NCBI GenBank assembly: GCA_025453995.1
Contig: JALOPH010000013.1
Location: 1-27,149 of the forward strand
DNA from: Desulfobacterales bacterium
Lineage (GTDB): Bacteria > Desulfobacterota > Desulfobacteria > Desulfobacterales > Desulfosalsimonadaceae
DNA length: 27,149 nt
Direction of reading: 5' to 3'
Every line of letters starts with the position of its first letter. The first letter of the stretch is position 1. A program made the translations under genes and the position numbers. Positions 8,571 through 17,609 of the stretch are shown here, in pieces. The notes under the pieces are model-generated. The model did not search any database and was not told the origin of the DNA. It worked only from the letters and a program-made list of their open reading frames with translations.

Positions 8571-9782
8571 ATGGACCATACACAACAAATAAATCGGCAA
8601 TCAATTATGCAAATAGAAAAAAGCACTGAAAATGTTCACCGCATCCGGCTCGGCGGCAAGGAGATTGTCCTGGTCGGCACGGCCCATGTCTCCAAAGAGA
8701 GCGTAGGGCTTGTTGAATCGGTGATTCAAGCCGAGCAGCCGGATACCGTATGCGTGGAACTCTGCCAGGCCAGATTCCAGTCAATTATGAGAAAAGACCA
8801 GTGGCTTGACATGGACATCATCAAGGTTATCAAGGAAAAGAAATCATTTCTTCTTCTGGCCAATCTGCTTCTGGCGTCATTTCAAAAACGCATCGGCGAA
8901 AAGCTCGGCGTCAAGCCCGGCGAAGAAATGATCCGCGCGGTTCAAACGGCAGAGTCTATCAACGCAGGGGTCTGCCTGGCGGACCGTGACATCACCGTAA
9001 CGCTGTCCAGGACATGGCGCAGCACCGGGTTTATCAGCAAGGTCAAGCTCCTTTTTCAACTGGTTCTGACCTTGGACGAAGCTGAAGACATTGATGAGAA
9101 GGCCATTGAGCAGATGAAGGAAGCGGATATGCTCCAGTCCATCCTGGCGGAAGTGGAAAAAACCCACCCCCAGCTGCGCAAAATTATCATCGATGAACGC
9201 GACCAGTACCTGGCCCATAAGATCAAAACATCACCGGGGGCAAAAACAGTGGCCGTGGTGGGGGCGGGGCATGTGCCGGGGATTTTGAAATATATCGGCA
9301 GCGATATTGATATCGCTCCCCTTGAAACCCTTCCGCCCAAGGGGAAAGCCGGGGGAATATTTAAATGGGGTATCCCCGGCGCCATTGTCCTGTTGATCCT
9401 GGCCGGGTTTTATTACGGCGGCGTGGATGTGGGAAAAGGAATGGTCCTGTGGTGGTGCGTGATCACGGGGCTTTTGGGCGGCGCAGGCGCAGTCGCGGCA
9501 TTCGGCCATCCGTTGACCGTTTTGTCGGCGGTGCTGGCGGCGCCCCTGACCACACTGCATCCCTTGATCGCCGCCGGATGGGTCTCCGGACTTGTGGAGG
9601 CGGTTGCCCGGAAGCCCAAGGTCAGGGATTTGGAAAGCCTTTCCCAGGACATTCTTTCGGCGCGCGGGTTCTGGCGCAACAAGGTCACCCGGGTGCTGCT
9701 CGTGGTGGTATTTACGAATATTGGCGCCTCCATCGGCACTTTTGTGGCCGTGCCGATGATGATCAAAATCCTTGGGAACTGA
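8571..9782 (+). CDS. TraB/GumN family protein (pheromone-shutdown TraB-like domain plus C-terminal membrane helices). Alternative start at 8607 (MQIEK...).
   Basis: N-terminal IRLGGKEIVLVGTAHVSKESV...PDTVCVELCQARF is the TraB-family signature. C-terminal third is hydrophobic (GIPGAIVLLILAGFYYGG..., VLLVVVFTNIGASIGTFVAVPMMI). Confidence 0.8.
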   Translation: MDHTQQINRQSIMQIEKSTENVHRIRLGGKEIVLVGTAHVSKESVGLVESVIQAEQPDTVCVELCQARFQSIMRKDQWLDMDIIKVIKEKKSFLLLANLLLASFQKRIGEKLGVKPGEEMIRAVQTAESINAGVCLADRDITVTLSRTWRSTGFISKVKLLFQLVLTLDEAEDIDEKAIEQMKEADMLQSILAEVEKTHPQLRKIIIDERDQYLAHKIKTSPGAKTVAVVGAGHVPGILKYIGSDIDIAPLETLPPKGKAGGIFKWGIPGAIVLLILAGFYYGGVDVGKGMVLWWCVITGLLGGAGAVAAFGHPLTVLSAVLAAPLTTLHPLIAAGWVSGLVEAVARKPKVRDLESLSQDILSARGFWRNKVTRVLLVVVFTNIGASIGTFVAVPMMIKILGN

Positions 9783-10061
9783 TCAATCTTGTGTCACGCC
9801 CATTTTCAGGGGCAGCCACCAGGTAAACCCGAAAATCATCGTTTTGACAAAAGCGGTTTGCAAAGAGATCCCTTTATCTTTCGCAATGGGCAGCGATGAC
9901 ATCAGCTCAAGGGGATGCCCGACGCCCCATCCCAGCAGAATACACCACCAGATAATGTTCATGGCGCCTCCCTCAAACGGGAAAAATGTCCCAAAGAAAA
10001 TAAAAAACCATCCCAGGACGCTTCCGGCTTTCATCAGATTCCAGAATTTCGGATTTTTCAT
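9783..10061 (-). CDS. Small hydrophobic membrane protein (92 aa), function unknown
   Basis: Two to three predicted TM segments (VLGWFFIFFGTFFPF, IIWWCILLGWGV, MIFGFTWWLPL). Convergent with TraB, starting 1 bp after its stop. Compositional call only. Confidence 0.4.
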   Translation of the reverse strand: MKNPKFWNLMKAGSVLGWFFIFFGTFFPFEGGAMNIIWWCILLGWGVGHPLELMSSLPIAKDKGISLQTAFVKTMIFGFTWWLPLKMGVTQD

Positions 10062-10348
10062 GATCCTCTCCTTATTATATTAACGTATAATAGCTTTGGC
10101 TATTTTGTATATCCAAGATAGGCGGAGGTGTCAAATGCCTATGTCAAGGCGGTGTTTAAATTTAATGCCTACAACCATCAACATCATGGGGAATCTAAAA
10201 CCCGAAAAAGAACTCCTTCCGGGATCCACCTTATTACGGCTTGACTTGTTCCCCTTTTATCAGATAAATTAATATCTTAATAGAACATCCAAATTCCGTA
10301 AGATTCAACAATAAACCAAAGCGGGCAGAGAGGTGGGGTATATTCAAG

Positions 10349-11143
10349 ATGGCTGAGATAAAATACAACGTTGTTTTTTCAGGCGATCTCGTGCAAGGTC
10401 AATCAATCTCTGAGATCAAAGCAAGGATGGCCGCTCTTTTTAAAACATCCGCCGAAAGCATTGAGGCGCTCTTCAAGCAGAAAAGCTCGGTCATCAAGCG
10501 CAATGTGGATCACGAGACGGCCAAGAAATATGTCCAGATGATCCTGAAAACCGGCGCGATTTGCCGCATTGTGCCTGCCGAGACAGCCCCGGCCGCTCCG
10601 GCCGAAAAACCAGTGGCGCCAGCCCCGGCGGCAAAGGCCGCTGCGCCTGAAAAGAAGGCCGAGCCGTCAGGGCCAAGAGTTGTCGCCATTCAACTCATGC
10701 ACAAGGGGGAGCCTGCGTTCGCCCCTCTGGCGGTTAAGAAAATTTCAAAAACGTCTGATGCGTTGAATTTTAATAAAATGGATATTCCGGAAGCGCCTTT
10801 TAGCCATCTGACCGCCTTGGCCGCTTATAATGAAGTTGAAGACGGTCAGGAGAAGAGCAAGGTGCTGCTGTTTGCAACCGTAAGCAAACGGCCGATTGCG
10901 TGCAATGCTGAAAATGTCGATTATGCCAGCTTTTCAATCGATGGAACCAAAAGTCTGATCGCGTCATTCCGAAATTTTTTATATTTTTTATGCCGCCAGA
11001 ATCAGTCCATTTTCGTAGAAGAATCGACATTTGATTTTTTATCCGGAAGCACCATGCAGAAGCTCGACCAAGCCACCATCCTGAAATTGTCCACCAATAT
11101 GGGCAAACTGATAGAATCCGGAGAAATGGCGGCGCAGACATAG
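10349..11143 (+). CDS. Hypothetical protein with N-terminal small domain, Ala/Pro-rich linker (PAETAPAAPAEKPVAPAPAAKAAAPEKKAEP) and C-terminal domain
   Basis: 264-aa ORF preceded by a gaggtgg SD-like element. Three-part architecture read from the translation. No family recognised. Confidence 0.55.
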   Translation: MAEIKYNVVFSGDLVQGQSISEIKARMAALFKTSAESIEALFKQKSSVIKRNVDHETAKKYVQMILKTGAICRIVPAETAPAAPAEKPVAPAPAAKAAAPEKKAEPSGPRVVAIQLMHKGEPAFAPLAVKKISKTSDALNFNKMDIPEAPFSHLTALAAYNEVEDGQEKSKVLLFATVSKRPIACNAENVDYASFSIDGTKSLIASFRNFLYFLCRQNQSIFVEESTFDFLSGSTMQKLDQATILKLSTNMGKLIESGEMAAQT

Positions 11144-11294
11144 TGCCAACTGTTTTATATTAAAAGATATTTAAAATTTCGAGTATCGAACAAGGATTTC
11201 GAACCTCAGAAGTGGGGGCAGCGCCCCGGTATTCTGAATTGATTGTTCCGGATTCTTCGGCTCAAAAAAACCTATTGCGATACCGGAAAAAAAC

Positions 11295-12599
11295 ATGAAG
11301 TACGGCAGGACTGAGGTTGTATTAAGCGATACAGGCCGCGGCATTGCTTCAGCAGTCAGCGGGGTCTTCGGGCATTTTGGCGGCGGCGAAAAACTTCTGC
11401 GTTCCAGCCGGGACGTCTATATCAAGGTCAATGGGGTGGGGTGCGAACCGCACGTCTATACCGATCCGGAAGTGCTTCGGGAAACCATCCTTTATTTTCG
11501 CAAATGCGGCGCGCGCGCAATCTATGTCTTGGAGAACTGCACCCAGGCCAATTTCACGCGCCTGGTTTTCAAGGTCGCCGGATATCTTAAAATCTGCAAG
11601 GAAACCGGCGCTGTCCCTGTTTTTCTGGATGAAACGCCAAGTGTCCCGATTTTTTTGGAGGGTATTGAGGAGTTTGTCGATATCTCCCGCTTTGCCTTTG
11701 AAAGACTCATTGAACAGGGTGAGGAGAATCTCTATCTGTCTCTGCCCAAGCTCAAAACCCACTCCATGTCCCAGGTGACGCTGTCTGTCAAAAATCAGTT
11801 CGGCCTGGTGCACCAGAAAAGCAGGATTGCCGACCACAATTACCGCATCCACCAAAAATTTGCCGATATCTATCGGGTGGTGCGGCCGGATTTTGTTTTG
11901 GTCGACGGCCTGATTGCCACCACCCACGGTCACTATCCAACAGCCTATAATCTGGAGAAGTGTCTGGTGCCCATGAATCTGCTTATCGGCGGGCCGGACC
12001 CCCTGGCCGTGGACGTGGTGGGGGCGGCCCTGATGGGTTTTGAAGTAGAGGGGGTCAGGCATCTGGACCTCTGCCGCGCCACCGGCATCGGCATTGGAGA
12101 TCTGAATCAGATCGATATCATCAACAAGTCTCTGTTTGAGACGCGCAAGAAGAAACTTACCTGCGAATTGCTGGATGATTACCCGTTGGATCTCGCCTTT
12201 CTCAGGGGAGCGGAGCGATGCTGCAAGGAGGGATGCAGACGCAACACCGAAAGCGTGGTGGAAATGCTCTATCGCGACCATGGCGGTAAAGGCGGGTTTA
12301 CGATCCTGATGGGCAAGGGCATTGACAAACAGGCTGTTGAAAAAATTACGGGCCGGGCCCATATCGCCGGCAGTTGCGCCATCCAGGATTACGGGGTAGC
12401 GCTTCAGGGGAGATTGGGGAAGCGCAATGTGACCATGAGCCCCGGATGCAATGATCTGGCGCTGACCGTTCACGGACTGTGCCGTCAGATGGGGATCATC
12501 CCGATTCAATTGTCGAAGATCAATTTGATCCAGTCCGCGGGCCTGTTTATGTTGACCAAGCTGAAGGGATCCCAGGCCAACATTGTTCCCCTGATATAA
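11295..12599 (+). CDS. DUF362 domain protein with Cys-rich C-terminal extension
   Basis: 434 aa. PKLKTHSMSQVTLSVKNQFG and VDGLIATTHG...LLIGGPDPLAVDVVGAALMGFE match my memory of the DUF362 core motifs. The C-terminal region has CCKEGCRR, GSCAIQDYG and SPGCND cysteine clusters. The 435-aa minus-strand ORF over the same span is R/G/H/A/Q-rich antisense junk. Confidence 0.75.
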   Translation: MKYGRTEVVLSDTGRGIASAVSGVFGHFGGGEKLLRSSRDVYIKVNGVGCEPHVYTDPEVLRETILYFRKCGARAIYVLENCTQANFTRLVFKVAGYLKICKETGAVPVFLDETPSVPIFLEGIEEFVDISRFAFERLIEQGEENLYLSLPKLKTHSMSQVTLSVKNQFGLVHQKSRIADHNYRIHQKFADIYRVVRPDFVLVDGLIATTHGHYPTAYNLEKCLVPMNLLIGGPDPLAVDVVGAALMGFEVEGVRHLDLCRATGIGIGDLNQIDIINKSLFETRKKKLTCELLDDYPLDLAFLRGAERCCKEGCRRNTESVVEMLYRDHGGKGGFTILMGKGIDKQAVEKITGRAHIAGSCAIQDYGVALQGRLGKRNVTMSPGCNDLALTVHGLCRQMGIIPIQLSKINLIQSAGLFMLTKLKGSQANIVPLI

Positions 12600-12726
12600 G
12601 TTTATCATCAACAGGAAATAAATCCACTCCCGACACATTACGATTAAATCCGTCACATCAAGAGAGCTTCAGATGAATGTTGCCTGATCAGGTATTATCA
12701 AAGAGAGAATAAGGGGAACCATATCT

Positions 12727-14973
12727 ATGTCTCGGGCGGAAACTGAAGTGAATATTGACTGGAAACAAGTTTTTGAGGCGATCAGCGATCTGGCCTTGAT
12801 AGTCGATTCAGATCATCGGATACTTTCAGCGAATCGGGCAGTTGAAAGGATCACGGGGTTGACGTGTCGTGAAATCATCGGCCGGAAATGCTATGAAATA
12901 TTCCATGGCAAGGATCAGCCTCCGAGCGATTGTCCTCATAAGAAGTTGATCTCATCTGGCCGGCCGGAAGCGAACCAGATGGAAATGGAATTTCTGGGAA
13001 GCGTTTATTTGGTGACCGTTACGCCGATTTTTGATGCATCCGGGAAAGTCATACAATCGATCCATCTGGCAAAAGATATTACCGCGCAAAAAAAATCCGA
13101 AGAAAATTATCGCCTGCACTTCATGCAGGTCAATGACGTCATTTATTCAATTGACCCTGAATTAAAAGTGCTCACTGTTTCACCATCGGTTGAGAAGCTG
13201 TTGGGGTATACACCGGATGAGCTTATCGGCCGGCCTTTTCATGAACTCAATGTTCTGGCGCCCGAGTATTTTGAAAAGGCATTTTCCGATATCATGTGCG
13301 TTTTGTCGGGCAATAAGATTTCCGCATCCCTTTATGAATTCATTGCAAAGGATGGGACCAGAAAATTCGGCGAGGTCAGCGGCGCCCCATTAATCCTTGA
13401 CAATAAAGTGACAGCAGTGGTTTCAGTCGCCCGGGATGTTTCCGATCGAAAAAGAATAGAAGAAAACATGAAGAGGGAATCTGATTTTTCAGAATCGCTC
13501 ATCAACAGCCTCCCAGGCGTCTTTTATTTGTTTGATGAAACGGGCAAATTTTTAAGATGGAATAAAAATTTTGAAAATGTTTCAGGATACACTGCTGATG
13601 AAATTGCCCGTATGAGCCCGGTGGATTTTTTTTCAGGCCTGGAAAAAGAATACATAGCCGGACAGATTCAAAAAGTATTTATCAACGGTCGCGCAGATGC
13701 CGAAGCTTATATTGTTTCAAAACTTGGGAACAAGACGCCGCATTACTTCACCGGTTTCCTGATTCATATTGATGAAAAGCCTCATTTGATAGGGATGGGA
13801 ATTGATATCACCGATCAAAAAAAAATGGAAGCCCAGATTCAGCAGACGCATAAACTGGAATCCATCGGCACCCTTGCGGGCGGGATTGCCCATGATTTCA
13901 ATAATATCATAGGTATCATCCTCGGCAGCGCCGAATTGGCCATACATAATGTCCCTGCTGGCAATGCGGCCCGGATGAATTTAGAAACAGTCCGCACCGC
14001 CTGTTTCAGAGCAAGGGATTTGGTAACACAAATACTCAGATTTTCGAGCAAAAGCGAACACAAACGGGAACCTGTTCTGCTCAACTTGATTATCACGGAA
14101 TCCTTGAAAATGCTTCGATCCTCCATTCCCGCCAGCATCGACATTCAGACGAATATTGACGCCACCCCCCGCACAATTTTGGCAGACCCTGTGCAAATTC
14201 ACCAGGTGATCATCAATCTATGCACCAACGCCGTCCATGCGATGAAAGAAAAAGGGGGCGTCATCGAGGTCCATTTGACGGAGATATCTTTAGATAAAAA
14301 CGCGGTCCGACAGTATCCTGGATTGCCCTCCGGGCAATATATGCAGCTTTCAGTTCGGGATACCGGCCAGGGGATTGACCCTAAAATACTTGACCGGATT
14401 TTCGATCCCTATTTCACGACAAAAAATATCGGTGAGGGATCGGGCATGGGACTGGCTGTGGTTCATGGGATTGTTAAAAACCATGGAGGGGCGATTACGG
14501 TTTACAGTGATTCTGAAAAGGGAAGCACGTTTAGAATTTTATTCCCGAGGGTTAAATCAGATCCTTTGACCGAAACAGAAAGATCGATAGAAGCGCCCAG
14601 GGGAAAAGACCGTATCCTGTATGTCGATGATGAGCCAGCCATGGCGGAGATCGGAAAGCAAATGCTGGAATACCTTGGGTATCGGGTGGAGTCTAAAAAC
14701 AATCCCATCGAGGCATTGGAACTGTTTAAGGCTGATCCACACGGGTTTGACCTTGTTATGACCGATATGACCATGCCGCAGATGACCGGCAAAGCTTTGG
14801 CCCAGGCGATGATGCGCATCCGTCCGGAAATTCCTGTAATTATCAACAGCGGTTACAGCGATCAAATGGACGAAAGAAAAGCAAGGGAAGCGGGTATCGC
14901 GGCATATATCTTGAAACCGCTAAATATGACGCAGCTGGCTGAAATCATCAGAAGCGTTCTGTGTAAAAAATGA
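12727..14973 (+). CDS. Hybrid sensor histidine kinase/response regulator with N-terminal PAS domains
   Basis: 748 aa. HisKA H-box HKLESIGTLAGGIAHDFNNIIGIILG, HATPase_c G-boxes (DTGQGIDP, GEGSGMGLAVV), C-terminal receiver domain (ILYVDDEPAMAEIG...DLVMTDMTMPQMTG...INSGY). At least two PAS-like blocks N-terminal; the first carries C-x4-H...C-P-H (KCYEIFHGKDQPPSDCPHKK). Confidence 0.9.
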   Translation: MSRAETEVNIDWKQVFEAISDLALIVDSDHRILSANRAVERITGLTCREIIGRKCYEIFHGKDQPPSDCPHKKLISSGRPEANQMEMEFLGSVYLVTVTPIFDASGKVIQSIHLAKDITAQKKSEENYRLHFMQVNDVIYSIDPELKVLTVSPSVEKLLGYTPDELIGRPFHELNVLAPEYFEKAFSDIMCVLSGNKISASLYEFIAKDGTRKFGEVSGAPLILDNKVTAVVSVARDVSDRKRIEENMKRESDFSESLINSLPGVFYLFDETGKFLRWNKNFENVSGYTADEIARMSPVDFFSGLEKEYIAGQIQKVFINGRADAEAYIVSKLGNKTPHYFTGFLIHIDEKPHLIGMGIDITDQKKMEAQIQQTHKLESIGTLAGGIAHDFNNIIGIILGSAELAIHNVPAGNAARMNLETVRTACFRARDLVTQILRFSSKSEHKREPVLLNLIITESLKMLRSSIPASIDIQTNIDATPRTILADPVQIHQVIINLCTNAVHAMKEKGGVIEVHLTEISLDKNAVRQYPGLPSGQYMQLSVRDTGQGIDPKILDRIFDPYFTTKNIGEGSGMGLAVVHGIVKNHGGAITVYSDSEKGSTFRILFPRVKSDPLTETERSIEAPRGKDRILYVDDEPAMAEIGKQMLEYLGYRVESKNNPIEALELFKADPHGFDLVMTDMTMPQMTGKALAQAMMRIRPEIPVIINSGYSDQMDERKAREAGIAAYILKPLNMTQLAEIIRSVLCKK

Positions 14974-15444
14974 GAGCGGTTTGCAGTAGATGGCTTTACC
15001 GTCTCCGGAAGCATAAAAATCCTTGAGCACAGCCTCCAGCCGGTATCCGCATTTTTCATAAAACGCCCGGGTGGGGTCATACTGGGGACGCTCAGATGTG
15101 TCCACATACACGCGAGTACCGCCGGCTGCTGCAATGCGCTGTTCAGCTTGATTCATTAAATCCCGGCCCAATCCTTTACCCTGAAAATCCGGGTCTACCG
15201 CAATCCAATAAAGATCATAGCTGGCCACTGTGCAGGGGATGGGTCCGAAGCAGGCATACCCTGCCAGGCGGTCATCCTGTTCGGCCATGATAAAATGATA
15301 CCCGCTTTCCGCCCCGTGAGAAAGACGGTCTTCCGCCAGTTCAACGGCAATATCGACTTCATAGGGATAAAAAAAACCCGTGGACTCAGCCAACCGGCGG
15401 ATGTTTTCAGGGTCTTGCGAAAAGATTTCATATCGGAAAATCAT
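14920..15444 (-). CDS. GNAT family N-acetyltransferase (last gene of the ATP-grasp operon; candidate AblB/YodP-like beta-lysine acetyltransferase)
   Basis: 174 aa. Acetyl-CoA-binding motif QGKGLGRDLM and GNAT fold motifs (YWIAVDPDF, AFYEKCGY). Start overlaps the upstream ATP-grasp gene stop by 4 bp. The 3' end overlaps the convergent histidine kinase gene by 54 bp. Confidence 0.85.
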   Translation of the reverse strand: MIFRYEIFSQDPENIRRLAESTGFFYPYEVDIAVELAEDRLSHGAESGYHFIMAEQDDRLAGYACFGPIPCTVASYDLYWIAVDPDFQGKGLGRDLMNQAEQRIAAAGGTRVYVDTSERPQYDPTRAFYEKCGYRLEAVLKDFYASGDGKAIYCKPLSFFTQNASDDFSQLRHI

Positions 15445-16448
15445 AGCCGCCCGCCTCTCGCATCCAGGAGGATGCGCTCAATGACCTCGGCATACGTGAT
15501 ATCGCCCTGGATGGCCGCGGCAGCGAATCCGCCGTCCGGATTGATACAAGGATTGGCGTTGATCTCCAGAATCCACGGCTGCCCTTTGTGATCCACCCGC
15601 AGATCAATGCGGGCATATCCGGAGAGGGCAAACTCCTTCCAGCATCGCCGCGCCAGGTCAATCAGGGTTTTTACCAGAGGCCCGTCTTTTTTGGTCAGCT
15701 TAAAATCCCGGGGGGTGTTTTGATATTCAAAAGAGTCCTCCACCCATTTGGCGTTGTAGCAGACGATTCTGGGCTTTTCCGGCGCAAAACCTTCAAACAG
15801 GATTTCCGCAGCCGGCAGCACTTCCGGACCATTGAGCCCGCCCAGCACCGAGAGGTTAAACTCCCGGCCGTCGATGAATTTTTCCGCAAAACAATCGCCG
15901 TTTAAAAATTGAGCATGCTCTTTGAGCAATGGCAAGAGTTCCTTTTCCGTTGCAGTGACCAACCCTTTTTGATGAACGCCGATGGAGGCGTGTTCCCACA
16001 CGGACTTGATGATCCAAAGGCTTTCTGCCTTATCTTCCGGGCTTGCTGAATTTGGTCGGATTCTATGCGGATAGGGACCGATCCAGGGCGCTGTGGGCAA
16101 ACCGACCGCTTCCATGCATCTTTTGGCCATGACTTTATTTGAGGTGATCATCATGGCTTCGGCCGTATTGCCGGTATAAGGTATTTTCCAGGCGTCTAAG
16201 CAAAAAGGGACCAGATGGATGAGCCGGCCCTGTCCTTCCATGGACTCCATGAGGTTAAACACCATTTCAGTTTTAGATTCCAGCAATTGCCCGCGAAGCT
16301 TTTCCAGATCAAGACCGCATGAGATCTGGGCCACTTCATGGCCAAGGACTTCAAGGGCTTCTTTGACCGATGCCGCCTGATATAAAACATCTTTGGCATC
16401 CAGCGAATCCGCATCACCGACAATATCATGGATGATGGAGATCTTCAT
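15441..16448 (-). CDS. D-alanine--D-alanine ligase family ATP-grasp enzyme (second of a tandem pair)
   Basis: 335 aa. Ddl-like N-domain (MKISIIHD...VFNLMES.EGQGRLIHLVPFCLDAWKIPYTGN), ATP-grasp central/C-domains (EKFIDGREFNLSVLGG..., ARIDLRVDHKGQPWILEINANP). 4-bp overlap with both neighbours. Confidence 0.85.
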   Translation of the reverse strand: MKISIIHDIVGDADSLDAKDVLYQAASVKEALEVLGHEVAQISCGLDLEKLRGQLLESKTEMVFNLMESMEGQGRLIHLVPFCLDAWKIPYTGNTAEAMMITSNKVMAKRCMEAVGLPTAPWIGPYPHRIRPNSASPEDKAESLWIIKSVWEHASIGVHQKGLVTATEKELLPLLKEHAQFLNGDCFAEKFIDGREFNLSVLGGLNGPEVLPAAEILFEGFAPEKPRIVCYNAKWVEDSFEYQNTPRDFKLTKKDGPLVKTLIDLARRCWKEFALSGYARIDLRVDHKGQPWILEINANPCINPDGGFAAAAIQGDITYAEVIERILLDARGGRL

Positions 16449-17446
16449 GGGCTTTTGCTCCTTATCCGCATGGACGCCGATTCGATGATTTTTTCAATCA
16501 GGGTCACATACGGTATGCCCAGCTGATTGCAGATAATGGGCAGGTCCGAATGCTCGGGATGAATGCCGGCCAGCGGGTTGACTTCCATGAACAGGGGCTT
16601 TCCGTTTGCGTTGCACCGGATGTCGATTCTTCCGGCATCCCGGCATCCCAGAACCCGCCAGGCCGCCAGAGAAATGGCCTCTGCTTGGGCCACGGTCGGA
16701 TCTTCCAGGGCGCGTGCCAGACGGTAAATCACCAATTCTTCGCATTTTTCCTTGTTGATATATGAATATACACCTGGTTCGGCGGTCTCATTCAGATGAA
16801 CTTCTACGGTTCCCAGTGCTTGGGCCGCTTGACCGGTGCCGAGAATGCCCACGGTAAATTCACGCCCTGACAGATAGGGTTCCACCAGGGCGGGCTGGCG
16901 GTATTCTTCAATCCATCTCCTGCAAGCGGCTTTGAGTTTGGACGGGTCGTTGATGATGGAATCCGGAGAAGTTCCTTTGCCGGTGCCTTCCGCCACAGGC
17001 TTGACGAAATATGGCGGATCAAAATCAATGGCATCGATATCCGCATCGGTTTCCACGACCTGAAAATCTGATGTGGGAATTCCGGCGTCCCGGATTACCC
17101 GTTTGGTCATCCCTTTGTGAAGGGTTAAACTCATGACCATGGGATCGGAAAAGGTATAGGGAATTTCATAGAGATCCAGAAGAGAGGGAACCTGGGCTTC
17201 CCTGCCAATGCCGTGCAGCCCTTCGGCGATGTTAAACACCAGATCCCAGCGTTTTCCTTTGACCAGAGCCGAGGCCAGCTGCTTGGCATGCCCGATGCGT
17301 TTTGTCCGGTGCCCCAGGGCGCTTAGCGCGTTTTCGATGGATACCACCGTGTCTTCCCTGTCGAATTCAGCGGTTTCAAGTTCGGAATACCCCATGGCCA
17401 GGTATTCCGAACGCAGATCATACGTGAGTCCGATGGTCATTCCCAT
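16445..17446 (-). CDS. D-alanine--D-alanine ligase family ATP-grasp enzyme (first of a tandem pair)
   Basis: 333 aa. IGLTYDLRSEY..., VFNIAEGLHGIGREAQVPSLLDLYEIPYTFSD, EPYLSGREFTVGILG, GRIDIRCNANGKPLFMEVNPLAG are Ddl/ATP-grasp hallmarks. Confidence 0.85.
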   Translation of the reverse strand: MGMTIGLTYDLRSEYLAMGYSELETAEFDREDTVVSIENALSALGHRTKRIGHAKQLASALVKGKRWDLVFNIAEGLHGIGREAQVPSLLDLYEIPYTFSDPMVMSLTLHKGMTKRVIRDAGIPTSDFQVVETDADIDAIDFDPPYFVKPVAEGTGKGTSPDSIINDPSKLKAACRRWIEEYRQPALVEPYLSGREFTVGILGTGQAAQALGTVEVHLNETAEPGVYSYINKEKCEELVIYRLARALEDPTVAQAEAISLAAWRVLGCRDAGRIDIRCNANGKPLFMEVNPLAGIHPEHSDLPIICNQLGIPYVTLIEKIIESASMRIRSKSP

Positions 17447-17492
17447 AGCGATTATATCCTGATTGATTAAAAAAACCGATTATCGATTTTTT

Positions 17493-17521
17493 TTCATACG
17501 ATATTTGGCGCCAGGGTTCAA
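17493..17521 (-). promoter_or_regulatory. Candidate sigma-70 promoter for the ATP-grasp/GNAT operon (minus strand: TTGAAC - 17 nt - TATGAA), downstream of the kamA terminator
   Basis: Hexamers read on the reverse complement. Plus-strand coordinates: gttcaa 17516-17521 and ttcata 17493-17498. Speculative. Confidence 0.25.
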
Positions 17522-17551
17522 GGAAATGTGAAACCCTTAAATCAAAAAAAT

Positions 17552-17590
17552 GCGCCCCTCCGTCCTGGATATTCCAGGACGGAGGGGCGC
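17552..17590. terminator. Strong intrinsic terminator: perfect 17-bp inverted repeat gcgcccctccgtcctgg / atatt / ccaggacggaggggcgc with A/T runs on both sides (bidirectional), located between kamA and the ATP-grasp genes
   Basis: Read directly. GC-rich 17-bp stem with 5-nt loop. Minus strand (the transcribed one) is followed by attttttt; plus strand is followed by attcttatttt. Confidence 0.7.
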
Positions 17591-17609
17591 ATTCTTATTT
17601 TAAAACCAA

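Noticed and set aside
11349-12656. 435-aa minus-strand ORF spanning the DUF362 gene
   Set aside because: Composition is Arg/Gly/His/Ala/Gln-rich low-complexity junk typical of the antisense frame of a GC-rich gene. The plus-strand frame carries recognisable DUF362 motifs.
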